A stretch of 64,000 nucleotides of DNA from Candidatus Obscuribacteraceae bacterium (GTDB lineage Bacteria; Cyanobacteriota; Vampirovibrionia; Obscuribacterales; Obscuribacteraceae), in NCBI GenBank assembly GCA_044229845.1, contig JBGASG010000003.1:160001-224000 (forward strand), given 5' to 3'. The translations under genes were made by a program, and so were the position numbers. Positions within the stretch are counted from its first letter, which is position 1. Every line of letters starts with the position of its first letter. Shown piece after piece: positions 47,943 through 58,000 of this stretch. The notes beneath the pieces are model-generated. The model ran no database searches, was not told where the DNA came from, and was given only the letters and a program-made list of their open reading frames with translations.

Positions 47943-48251
47943 TTAGACAACTTCGCGAGCTTCAACTGCTTCCAAGAAGTTGGGGTCGGTATAGGTCCAC
48001 AAATCGCCCTGTCTCCAGGGCAGTTCCTGCCGGACGAGATATTTGAATACGAGAAGCTGGCGGATGATACGGCGAGCACTGGGATTATTATCGCCACGCT
48101 TATCGTTAGCTAATCTTGTCCGCAGTTGAATGGCTTCCCGCTTCGACCAGCAGTACGCCGGTCCAGGGTTGTTGCCGCGCGAACGGCACAGTATAGCTAC
48201 TTTTCCTGATGGCTGCGGCCAACCGAGCACGAAGTATTGGTCATCCGACAT
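47943..48251 (-). CDS. Hypothetical protein
   Basis: 102-aa ORF with protein-like composition, co-oriented with the PiT gene. Confidence 0.65.
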   Translation of the reverse strand: MSDDQYFVLGWPQPSGKVAILCRSRGNNPGPAYCWSKREAIQLRTRLANDKRGDNNPSARRIIRQLLVFKYLVRQELPWRQGDLWTYTDPNFLEAVEAREVV

Positions 48252-48437
48252 ATATGCTATCCGTCACCTTGTACCGATTTGTTTATATCAACGGAAATGC
48301 GCATCAGGCGCGCGTCTCTGCAACATGGTTCATTATGCAACCTATTGAGAAATCTGGCAATTGGCGGGCGGCCGCCGTATAGTCTGCGCATGGCGCGTGG
48401 CGTAAGGCACGCCAGGTTGTGTGAGGTATCGATTAGA

Positions 48438-49403
48438 TTGCAAGTGGTTATATACCATCCAGCGGCAATCGGTGACGTTTTACTGGCGACACCCGTCGCA
48501 CTGGCTCTGAAGCAGTACTTTGTTGATTGCCGAATCACACACGTGACGCATGCATCACTTTTTCCGCTGCTCGCCTGTTGTCCTTACATAGATGAGCTGG
48601 CGCCGGTTTCCGGCGGTCTGCTGGAGCGGCACAAAACAGTTTCTTCCTTTAAACCAGACCGCGTCGTCGATCTGTCTGGGTCTCTGAAGAGTCGCATCGT
48701 CACGTTTGCCAATGCACCAGATACGGTGCACTACAAGAAAGAAGCGAAAGCCGCACCGCCGATGATGCACGCCGTGGAGAACTTCCTGCAGACTCTGTCC
48801 GATTGGGGCGTGCCGACGCCGCAGCCGGCGTTTCCTACCCTGCCCGGATATCGCTTGCCGCCATCACCGTTGCCGGTGGCAGCGGAGACCATCGCTCTGG
48901 TTCCCGGTGTCGGCAACTTGCGCCCGCACCGCGCCTGGTCGAAAGCAAAGTGGATCGCTTTAGGTCAGAAGATCATTTCCGAGTTAGAGCGCCCGGTGAT
49001 TTTGATTGGCGGCGAAGCCGAGAGAAATCTGTGCGATGGCATTGCATCACAACTGGGCAGCGGTTGCACCAATGCTTCCGGACGTTTGAGCCTGCCGGAG
49101 AGCGCCGCCGCCATCTCGGCTTGCGACATGCTGATCTCAGGCGATACCGGTCCGGCTCACCTGGCGGTTGCAGTCGGAACGAAAGTAATCGGACTGTATG
49201 GACCGACTTTCGCCGAGCGAAGTGGTCCCTACGGGCCAACCAACCGAGTCATCAGCGTCTCACATGAATGCGAGTGCAAACAACTCAAGCAGTGTAGATT
49301 CAAACTAGAAGACGGGCGCTGTATGGACCAGATTACCTACGAAGCAGTCTACGAGCTTCTGCTCACGGCGTCCGGCGAGACGGTCGCGAAGTCGATGCAA
49401 TAG
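48438..49403 (+). CDS. Glycosyltransferase family 9 (LPS heptosyltransferase-like)
   Basis: AIGDVLLATP, DLSGSLKS, HAVE, HRAW, SGDTGPAHLA and LYGPT motifs; start reassigned to TTG 48438 (GAGG SD). Confidence 0.9.
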   Translation: MQVVIYHPAAIGDVLLATPVALALKQYFVDCRITHVTHASLFPLLACCPYIDELAPVSGGLLERHKTVSSFKPDRVVDLSGSLKSRIVTFANAPDTVHYKKEAKAAPPMMHAVENFLQTLSDWGVPTPQPAFPTLPGYRLPPSPLPVAAETIALVPGVGNLRPHRAWSKAKWIALGQKIISELERPVILIGGEAERNLCDGIASQLGSGCTNASGRLSLPESAAAISACDMLISGDTGPAHLAVAVGTKVIGLYGPTFAERSGPYGPTNRVISVSHECECKQLKQCRFKLEDGRCMDQITYEAVYELLLTASGETVAKSMQ

Positions 49404-52400
49404 GTGGTCCAGTTGCGTGCGAAATCTTCGTGCGACATCTGACGAACGACTTCAAGCGGCAGATCCATCGGGAAAGCAGCAACGCTGCCGTTCTTGCGGT
49501 GGATATATCTGTAGGCATGACCGTGACGATAATCGTAGGTTGCTACAGTCATCCATTGTCCGTTGATGTACATCTCCAGTCTGGTCATGTAAGCGTCATG
49601 GGATTCAGACTCGATGGAGTTGATACGGCAGGACTGCGAGAGCGTCTCGATGAAGGGCTTGGGCTCGTTTGATTGAGATTCTGTTGGCAGCAGATTGGTT
49701 TCCGCTGTGCAGAGTGTGGCATTGTTGGCGGCCGACGCCAGTCTGTTCATCAAGCGGTATTGCTTGATCTCTTCTTCGGTCGGCAAGGTGACCGTTTCAC
49801 CCCTGCTCAGGCTGACGGTCGGATGGCCGGTGGTCGCGTCACGCTGTTCGGATAATCCGTTGACGCGCGCAAGCAACGGCCACATGGTCTGGTCTTGCAT
49901 GAGCGAATCACGCAATGCGATCGAACGCAGAGTATCGCCGAGACGAACACGGTAAACGCGTCTGTCTCCCTGCTGGGGCGGCTCTGTTGTGTCGAATTGA
50001 CCTTCCAGATCTTGTAACGAGACCGCCTGGCGGTGACCCGCACTGCGGAGCCGTTGCAAGAAGGATGCCACTTCCTGCTGGTTCTGTTCGTAGGAAATAG
50101 TGGTCGGCGGCGCATAGGCTTCGGTATTGTCGCCTTGCATTATCTCCACCTCGGGGAGAGTCACCTTTTCCATTTCCACTTGTGGGACAGTAATCGCTTC
50201 GGGGGCGACGCTGATGGCGGGAGCACTTTGTTGCTCACCAGCGGCGGTGCCACGAGCGAAGAAATGCTTTCTATGGATGTCCAATTCGGCATCTGAAGGC
50301 AACCAGATTACCTGGTCAACCAGCAGGTGCGGCGTCTTGTTGTCCGGAAGCATGTAGAACCCTGCTGAGCCGCGGTTGATAGTAATGATGAGTTGCGCAA
50401 ACCGCTCGTCGCCGAGCTGAACGCGCGCGATGGACCGGATATTGTCGCCATAACGCACCGTATAACGGCGGCGGCGGCGACCCGCAGCCTTGAACAGGTT
50501 TTGAGATTTTTGCGATTGAGAAACTTTGGCGGTACGACGGTCGCCGAAATTCAGCCCGGCTTCGGCAATCTGCATCATCCAACTTTGCAGCTTGTCAGAG
50601 ACTTGCTGATTGTTGCGAGTCGTCGATCCGGTGACGCGATCAGTGTTCTTCGCATCTTTCTTGATGGTGTCGAAATCGTCGCGATTGCCGTCGGTGCGCT
50701 GACCGCTCTTCGGTTCTGTAGACTGGATGCCGTTACCTACTATGCGGCGAGCCACATGCTCGTCTGTGCGAACAGCTTTATCTTTGCCTTCTGTCTTGCT
50801 ATCACGATCGCGCAGCGAGTTTTTGTCGGCCTTGTCGGTGCCGATGGCCATACCGAAGATTTTTGCCACGGCGTCCAGAGGACGGGCGGCTTTCGGCGCG
50901 GTTGTGTCGACTCTCTCAGTACCGGCTTTAACCAAGCAGTTCGGCTGAGTTTTGACGAGGTTGGATTTCTCGGCGATGACGTTGTTGCCGACCGAGGTCT
51001 TGGCGCCTTTGACACCACCAGGACCGGCGATCAGTTCGGCTTTGCTGACAGGCTTACCGCTCGTGTCGCCAGTGGCGATTGCTTTGTTGGCTTTGCCTGT
51101 CGTCGGGATTGCTTTGGCATCAGCCTTTTCGCCGGACAGTTGCTTGACGGAGGAGATCGATTTCGGGGAGGTGATGGCTTTGACGGCTGCATCGCTGATT
51201 ACGACCTTGCCGCTCGATTTTCCACCGACTCGCGCCGACGAAACTTTGGCGTCGGCTCCGGTTGCCATCACCATGCCTTGGGCATCGCCCTTAGCCGAGC
51301 CGGCGATTTTGACACCGAAGCGGCTACCGACCAGAGCTTTGATATCGGCATCGTTGAGAGTCAGTTTGCCGGTGGTACCAATCTTGGCACCCGAAATAGC
51401 CTTGATGTCAATCTTGTCGGTGGTAACCAGTTTGCTGGTGCCGAAGCGAGTGCCGATGATGGCTTTAACATCGGCATCGCTGACGCTCAACTTGCCGCTG
51501 CCAATTTTGATCGCCGAGACCGATTTGCCCTCTGCCTTCTTGTCGCCCACAACGACAAACTTGGCAGCATCTGCAGCACCCCCCCTGCCGCCGATGGTTC
51601 TGGTCGCATTGGCAATCGCTTTGGCATCGATTTTGATTTCGGTCTTCTCAGCCAGTCTGGAAGCTGCTGGTCTGGTGCCAGTGATGGTCTTGCCTTCGAC
51701 GAGGGTAGACACGCCGTTGCCTGACTTGGAACCGACCAGGCGTGCACCGATCGAACGGTCAGCGCCTTTTTCAGTGATGCCCTTGTCGGCAGCGGCTCCA
51801 CCCTTGGTTGCGGCGATGCCCTTATCGGCGACGACTCCACCCTTGGTTGCGGCTGTGCCCTTCTCGGCAACGACTCCACCCTTGGTTGCAGCGATGCCCT
51901 TGTCGGTTGCGCCAACCACCGGCACAGCTTTGCCGCCGGCGATTTTCGCTTCCGGTCCGACCACTTTGGTACCATTCTTGCCTTCGCCGGCAATCTTCTC
52001 GCCACCTAGAGTTCTGCTGATGGCAATGACTGGCTTGTCGCTTGCGCCCGCAACTCTAATGCCACCAGATTTGGCGTCACCAGCTTTGACCACTTCGATT
52101 TTGGGGGCATCGCCTTTGCCTGGCTGAACCTTAGCGGCAGCGATGTCTGCGGCGCGAGTGGTTCTGGTCGGGAACACGCCCAGCGTGCCGTTACCGGTCA
52201 CTTTTTCAGGCGCCAGTTTTGTAGTTGTTGTGCCAATCAAGCGTGTGCTGGCGGTGGAAATTTCATTAGGCTTAACAGCAGGCTTGCTGGCGAGCATGTG
52301 TTGACTGTCGCTACCAGGTTTAGCTTCCTTGCCGCTATCCAGGCGAGCTCTGGTCGGAAGCTGATCTCCTTTGTTTGCGACTATGGCAGTGCGGCTGGCT

Positions 52401-54649
52401 TCAACTGCGCGCGTCGTAGAAGCCGGGTTGACTGATAGAGCGGTGCGCTCGGTAGGCTTGCCGGGGACAGTAAGAGCGCTGGAGCCTTTGTCCAGAGCGG
52501 TTTTGGCTGCCATGGCTGTCGGTCCGGCTTCCGTCCTCACTACAGGCTTTTGATTCGCAGGAAGTTTTTCTGGTGTGCCAGGTTTTGCATCATCTGGCTT
52601 ACGAATGATGCCCCTCGACAAATCTCCTGCCGCCGCGCGAGTCGACGCCGCGCCTGCGATGGCTTCGCTGATGAGCTTACCCTGCCCAGGAATGACGACT
52701 ACAGGTTTTGCGACATGGTCTTTGATCTCGTTGGGCAGCACTGGTATCTTCGGATCAACTTTTGAGGAAAGGGGGATGTCTTTCGAAGTTGTAGACGCAA
52801 GCGTTGGTTGGCGAAGGGCGTTTTGGAAATCACGGAGAGTTGGAATCGGTCTTCCACCAGCAGTGGTATCATTACCTTTGCCGACGTCAGGATTGTTGGA
52901 AGCAGTTCTTGTAATGGCAGGAATTGGTGTTGGATTGATTTCGGGCTTTTGGACTCCAGTGCTAAATGCCGCCCGAGCTTCAGGAGTACGCGCCGCTGAA
53001 TCTCCCAAGTTGCGTGCGCCAGCCGCAGGCTGACTATAACCCCGAGCTTGATCGTACAAAGCATTGGTGTAAGCAGGGACTGGCTGCCCTTCCTTAGTGA
53101 CGATGGGTCGGCCCGATACCTTGACGTCAGTCGCCACGGTAGTTGTTTCTTTCGGGGGTAAAACAATAACGCTTTGACCGCTGTTAGAAGCGAGTCTGCG
53201 AGCTTCATAGACCATACCTCTCTCTTGGACTGTCGCAGCTACTTCAACTTTTCTGTACGGACTCAGACGGTCTATGCTGCCAGGTGGCTGCCCGATTGCT
53301 TCTGATATAGCGGTAGTGACGTCATTGCCGGTGTAAACGGCTTTTTGCCCCACGAATGGTCTCGTTGCGTTTCCTAACATTTGGGCAGCAGTTCCCTGTC
53401 CTGTGACAGCCTGGCTGTTGACAGACGGCGCTACATCGCGTGACGTCGGAAGAAGTCCCAGATTGCCAGGCGAGAGGACAGTTGTTGTTGCCGTGAACAA
53501 TGTCTGTGCCGCACTCGCTGCGTCATTCAGAAGAGGAGCTTTGGCAGCGGTCGTATCACCACTGAGTGCAGTCAATGGCTTGGAGGCAGAAAGAGAAGCA
53601 GGTCTCTGACCCGCATCAACGGTGTCACCAGTGATCCGATTGGCGCCAACTGCGGTTGTATCGTCAGACACGACGCCAGCAGTTCTGCGGATTCCGCTAG
53701 CGGTATCAACCACCGCTGGGGCAGCATCGCTACCGAGAGCCTTGTCGGCCAGGTTGGCGGCAGCGACACCAGCGGTGGTGGCAATCGGAACAGTTAACGG
53801 TGCGCTGCGCAAGACCGGTTGATCCGCCGAGGACAGGCTGCTAGGCAGCACCGGATCCGCGTTGCCGGTGGTCGCGGCTTTAACAATCGGTTCGGAACTA
53901 ACAGGTCTTGTTTCTGTCGGTCCAACCAAATCCGCACTGCTGGTTGCATTCATCCAGGTTTTTTCGGCAACTGTCGGTTGACCAGCAGTCGCGATCAGGT
54001 CAGCAATTCTTTGCTGGGGCTGTGGTTGCTGGTCCGGGAACTGCGTGTCGTTGGCGGAGTTAAGTACGGTCTTTGATGCGATATCGGTACCCAATGTTCT
54101 CTGCGGTGCGACAAATGATTGTGCTTCTATTGCCTTGCGAACTTCCGGACGCATCTCGGTCAGACCGGTAATGAACGTGGTGCCACGCAATTGCCGACCA
54201 TACGCATCCAGTGGGGTGTAACCGACTGAATCAGACTCGAGAACTGGGCCACTCTTTTGAGCTTGGGTCACCAAAAATCTGGCCGAGTTACCATCCTGAC
54301 CCTGAACTTCAATCACTCTATTTGTGCCGGTGCTGCCCGAGAAGTCTTTCGATTTGTCTACCGAGAGATTGCCAAAATTGAAAGCGCCGCCTGGCCCCAG
54401 AAGAGGACCGGCAGCTGGCTGGGACGCGGGTAGCGTCGGGATTGTGGTGTCATTGGTGGTACGACTGAGGGTCGGGCTGCTGCCGAGGCGAAAGGCTGCG
54501 AACGCGTCGACTGCCGGAGCTGGTTGAGTTTCGCTGGGAGCGGTCGAGACGCCCGGGAATTCCAGCCAGTGTTTCTTATCCGGGTCATCTGCTGACGCCG
54601 GTGGCTGAATATTTGTTTTGTCTGAACCAGAGAGTTCTTCCAAGGACAT
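49349..54649 (-). CDS. Giant (1766 aa) low-complexity protein with two C-terminal LysM-like domains and a conserved terminal domain (paralog A)
   Basis: YTVRYGDNIRSIA..LGD and YRVRLGDTLRSIA; Ala/Lys/Gly/Thr-rich body; no signal peptide. Confidence 0.85.
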   Translation of the reverse strand: MSLEELSGSDKTNIQPPASADDPDKKHWLEFPGVSTAPSETQPAPAVDAFAAFRLGSSPTLSRTTNDTTIPTLPASQPAAGPLLGPGGAFNFGNLSVDKSKDFSGSTGTNRVIEVQGQDGNSARFLVTQAQKSGPVLESDSVGYTPLDAYGRQLRGTTFITGLTEMRPEVRKAIEAQSFVAPQRTLGTDIASKTVLNSANDTQFPDQQPQPQQRIADLIATAGQPTVAEKTWMNATSSADLVGPTETRPVSSEPIVKAATTGNADPVLPSSLSSADQPVLRSAPLTVPIATTAGVAAANLADKALGSDAAPAVVDTASGIRRTAGVVSDDTTAVGANRITGDTVDAGQRPASLSASKPLTALSGDTTAAKAPLLNDAASAAQTLFTATTTVLSPGNLGLLPTSRDVAPSVNSQAVTGQGTAAQMLGNATRPFVGQKAVYTGNDVTTAISEAIGQPPGSIDRLSPYRKVEVAATVQERGMVYEARRLASNSGQSVIVLPPKETTTVATDVKVSGRPIVTKEGQPVPAYTNALYDQARGYSQPAAGARNLGDSAARTPEARAAFSTGVQKPEINPTPIPAITRTASNNPDVGKGNDTTAGGRPIPTLRDFQNALRQPTLASTTSKDIPLSSKVDPKIPVLPNEIKDHVAKPVVVIPGQGKLISEAIAGAASTRAAAGDLSRGIIRKPDDAKPGTPEKLPANQKPVVRTEAGPTAMAAKTALDKGSSALTVPGKPTERTALSVNPASTTRAVEASRTAIVANKGDQLPTRARLDSGKEAKPGSDSQHMLASKPAVKPNEISTASTRLIGTTTTKLAPEKVTGNGTLGVFPTRTTRAADIAAAKVQPGKGDAPKIEVVKAGDAKSGGIRVAGASDKPVIAISRTLGGEKIAGEGKNGTKVVGPEAKIAGGKAVPVVGATDKGIAATKGGVVAEKGTAATKGGVVADKGIAATKGGAAADKGITEKGADRSIGARLVGSKSGNGVSTLVEGKTITGTRPAASRLAEKTEIKIDAKAIANATRTIGGRGGAADAAKFVVVGDKKAEGKSVSAIKIGSGKLSVSDADVKAIIGTRFGTSKLVTTDKIDIKAISGAKIGTTGKLTLNDADIKALVGSRFGVKIAGSAKGDAQGMVMATGADAKVSSARVGGKSSGKVVISDAAVKAITSPKSISSVKQLSGEKADAKAIPTTGKANKAIATGDTSGKPVSKAELIAGPGGVKGAKTSVGNNVIAEKSNLVKTQPNCLVKAGTERVDTTAPKAARPLDAVAKIFGMAIGTDKADKNSLRDRDSKTEGKDKAVRTDEHVARRIVGNGIQSTEPKSGQRTDGNRDDFDTIKKDAKNTDRVTGSTTRNNQQVSDKLQSWMMQIAEAGLNFGDRRTAKVSQSQKSQNLFKAAGRRRRRYTVRYGDNIRSIARVQLGDERFAQLIITINRGSAGFYMLPDNKTPHLLVDQVIWLPSDAELDIHRKHFFARGTAAGEQQSAPAISVAPEAITVPQVEMEKVTLPEVEIMQGDNTEAYAPPTTISYEQNQQEVASFLQRLRSAGHRQAVSLQDLEGQFDTTEPPQQGDRRVYRVRLGDTLRSIALRDSLMQDQTMWPLLARVNGLSEQRDATTGHPTVSLSRGETVTLPTEEEIKQYRLMNRLASAANNATLCTAETNLLPTESQSNEPKPFIETLSQSCRINSIESESHDAYMTRLEMYINGQWMTVATYDYRHGHAYRYIHRKNGSVAAFPMDLPLEVVRQMSHEDFARNWTTYCIDFATVSPDAVSRSS
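51776..51905 (-). repeat. 39-bp/13-aa repeat (DKGIAATKGGVVA) x3 in paralog A
   Basis: CTCCACCCTTGGTTGC recurs at 39-bp period. Confidence 0.85.
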
Positions 54650-54722
54650 GTGGGTTGTCCCTTAAGAGTGTCCGGAACGGACCTTACAAAGAGCCCTGCT
54701 AGCTCGCTAGTAAGGGGGTACC

Positions 54723-54758
54723 GATGGGTGACTGGATGGGTTATTCGGTGGGTTGTTC
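54723..54758. repeat. 12-bp direct repeat x3 in a divergent intergenic region
   Basis: GATGGGTGACTG GATGGGTTATTC GGTGGGTTGTTC; related GTGGGTTGTCC at 54650-54660. Confidence 0.65.
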
Positions 54759-54858
54759 GCCCAATGGACAAATCAAGCGCGTGTCTTGGTATATCCGTCC
54801 CTTGCTACAATTCGACAGTCACAACATTAATTCGAAACTTTGGAGGAAACGGCTCGCT

Positions 54859-55059
54859 ATGGACCGTTACTACCTTTTGGACATCATCCGCCGCATCAAG
54901 CTGGAGCGCGACCAACACGACGAGAAATTCGCCACCAACCCAGCTCATAAAGACTGTCTGCCTCGTTTTGAGACAGTCATAGGCAATCTGGAGAAAGAAC
55001 TGGCGGCATTGCCGCAAAGTTCAAGCGCTGACGATTCATCGGCAGCGGGCGAAGGCTAA
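54859..55059 (+). CDS. Small (66 aa) helical hypothetical protein
   Basis: MDRYYLLDIIRRIKLERD...; GGAGG SD. Confidence 0.65.
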   Translation: MDRYYLLDIIRRIKLERDQHDEKFATNPAHKDCLPRFETVIGNLEKELAALPQSSSADDSSAAGEG

Positions 55060-55063
55060 GCAG

Positions 55064-58000
55064 TTAAGCTGTTTTTGTCGACGATATGGCGAGATATTCG
55101 CTGACATAGCCCTCCCATGCGCCATACAAGTCGTTATGAGCCAACTCTTTAATCACGGGTAAGGGCAAATCGAGCGCAAACGATCTTACTGCGCCGTAGC
55201 GATCATATTGATGGCGGATCCAGTTGCCTGAGTGCGATTCCTCATAACTGCGAACGCATTGCCAATCAGCGACAAAAATCTGGAGAGAGTACTGAACTTC
55301 ATTCATTGAGATTCGATCGCGAGCGATAAGCAAACGAATGTTCTGATCGAGGAAGACATGTTCACAGACCACGTCTCGCCTGGTTTCGGCAATCGTGGTT
55401 TGCGTCGCATCAGCATCAGCGGTTTTGGCAGGCGTGCACTGCTTGGACCGAAACTCGAGAATTTGCTGGCTCGAAGGCAATCGCAATTTCATTCCACGCG
55501 TCAACCTGGCTTTTGCCCTGCCAATCGCGTCGGTTTCTTGAGAGAGATTATTTACTTCAGCAAGCAGAAACCAGAGCGATTCATCTTGTAGATGCGGATG
55601 GCGGCGAGCGAGACTATTGAGCGTTTCTCCCAATCTGGCGATGCAGTAGGCTGGTTCATCAACTGATGAAGAAAGCGGACCCAATATTTTCTCGACGTTA
55701 TCGCGACGAGTCTTCTGGCGTGCAGCCTGCTCGCTGGGCAAGGTGTGCGTTGTAGCGGGCGTAGTCGTTCCTGGCATCACGTCATACCCAAACGGTAACG
55801 TAGTGGTGCGCTTGCTTGCCTTATAGCGCGTAATGTCGACGTGATTGGGCAGTTGAATCGTCAAACCAGGCTTGAGAGCCAGATAGCGGCGTCCACTCTC
55901 GATGCGCCACGGTATAGCCGATCGATTTAAGTCGAATACCAATCCGGACAATCGCTTGTCGGACAACATTCTGCGTGCGATTGATTCGAGTGTGTCGCCT
56001 GGCTGAATGACGTAGGTAACCCTTGCATTGGCAATTTTGTCTGATGCGACTTGTGCGGACTTGCGTTTTTGCGCGAGAAGAGCCATCCGGCGATCGTTCT
56101 CTTCCAGCTCGCGCTGCCGTCTGGCGTTTCTCTCTTCAGCCAATCGCTCGCGCTCTTGTCGCTGCTCCTGCTCGCGCATTTCATAGCCAAGCAGCTCGCG
56201 CTCGCGCATAGCTTGAATGGTGGCAGCATGCGCCGCATAAGCATCCATCTCGATGTCGTAGCGCTGTTCGATTTCACTTATCGCATCAACCGTCGACTCA
56301 ACGGGCACTGGCAAAACGGTCGAAGCTTGATCAGTGAGTTCAATAGTGGGCAACACAGTCGACGGATCTATCTGCGGACTGCTGCCACCATTACCACTCG
56401 CTTGCGTGTTTGTCTGCGACTGCTGCGATTGATTTGGATCGTTCGCGTTCGGGCTGGAAGCAGCCAGTATTGCTAGATTACGTTGACGCCGTTCTTCGGC
56501 ATCAAGTTCGTCCTCACAAACTTGCGCCTGACTGCTGGTTTCTTCTTGCGTATTCTCAAGCGGGGACAGCGGCTGCGTCAGCACCACCTGAGGTGTGTCG
56601 TCGTCCGGCTTCTTCTTCGTCTCTTCCGGCGGCGGTTGCAGATTGGCGTCTTCGTCGTCTTCGCCAAATAGCTTTTTGCCCTTCTTCTTCGCGGTGTCTT
56701 CCTCGGCGATCGCACCAGGTCCCTTGGGAGTAATTATCTGGATCTTGACTCCAGTCTCTGTACCTTCGGTTTTGACGGTTTCGCGTTTTGACTCGACGCT
56801 TTTCTTGCCGACCTCGGCATCTTTTTTGGCACCGTCGATCTCCTTCTTGCCGAGTTGCATTTCGATTTTGCCGTTCGGTCGTGGTTCGCCAGGTTGCTCG
56901 ACTTTACCCTCGCGCGGACGCCCAAGAGGTAAATCTTCACGCTTGATTTGCGGGTTCTCGCCGGCTCCTTTGAGCGTGCGATCGATAACTCTAAACTCAT
57001 GCGGTTCGTTTCGGCGGCTTCCATTTTCGACTTTGGATTCGCCCAAAGTGCGTCGGGTCTGATCCAATAACTCCAGCCGCGCCTGGATCCTCACTTCGTG
57101 CGGCGGGATGAACAGAACCGCTCGATCAACTCTTTCTTGAGGCCCTCTGCGATCGCTTTCCGCTGACGGTTTACCGATGAATACCAGCTGATCAAGCTTC
57201 TGTTGAAACTCCCTGATCTGTTGCGGTCTATCTTGAACCAATTCTTTTGTTGAAGAAACGAGCGGCAGCCTCTCCTTCAACGCGGGAAGCGATTTATCGA
57301 CTTTACTCTCCACCGCCAAGTCTTTTTGACCAACGACGAAATTCTCTTTACCGCGCAGGTCGAGTTTCGCCAGCAGATCAGGTTTAGTCTGCCAATCAAG
57401 CTTTGTTGGCAGATCAAGCTTTTTCGGCAGATCAAGCTTCACCGGCAGATCCAGTTTGGTGCTCAAGTTGAGTTTCGATGGCGCCTCGTCTTTGGAGCGT
57501 ATAGGCTCTACTTTGCCAGGCTGCGGTTTGACCGTTGCAGTTGATTCCTCACGATCTAGTTTGTCCACCTTGAATGCCTGTGGCTTACGCACGTCGAGAG
57601 AGTCTAGTTTCTGGAAATCGTCGCGTTTTTCCTTTGGTCCGTTTCCCGGCAGTGGCACCAAGCCTTTGTCTGCGCCTGGTTTGTCTGCGCCGGGTTTCTC
57701 TACCCAACCTCGCTTCTCGACGTTACTGCCAATCGCGGACTCGACCGGCTTGCTGCCCACATTCCCGGTGTCTACTTTGAAGTATTTATCTACCTTTTGG
57801 AGGATTTCGTTGAGAGCCCATGAGCCAAGGTTATCCACGACCTTGTTGTAAGCACCCGGTTTCGCGTCAGCCACGTTCAGCCAGCCGACATCTTTGGTTT
57901 GACCGGCATCAACAACTTTCCAACTCGTGGCATTTGCCGGGCTCGGGTCCAACTTCCATCCGGTGTAACTGGTTGAACTCGTTTCGCCTTTAGACCCGGT

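Noticed and set aside
50393..52127. Long plus-strand ORFs (443 and 391 aa) and similar shadow ORFs elsewhere (e.g. 13249-14118, 26404-27231, 29656-31006, 61749-63698)
   Set aside because: They are antisense shadows of GC-rich, low-complexity real genes and show no protein motifs.
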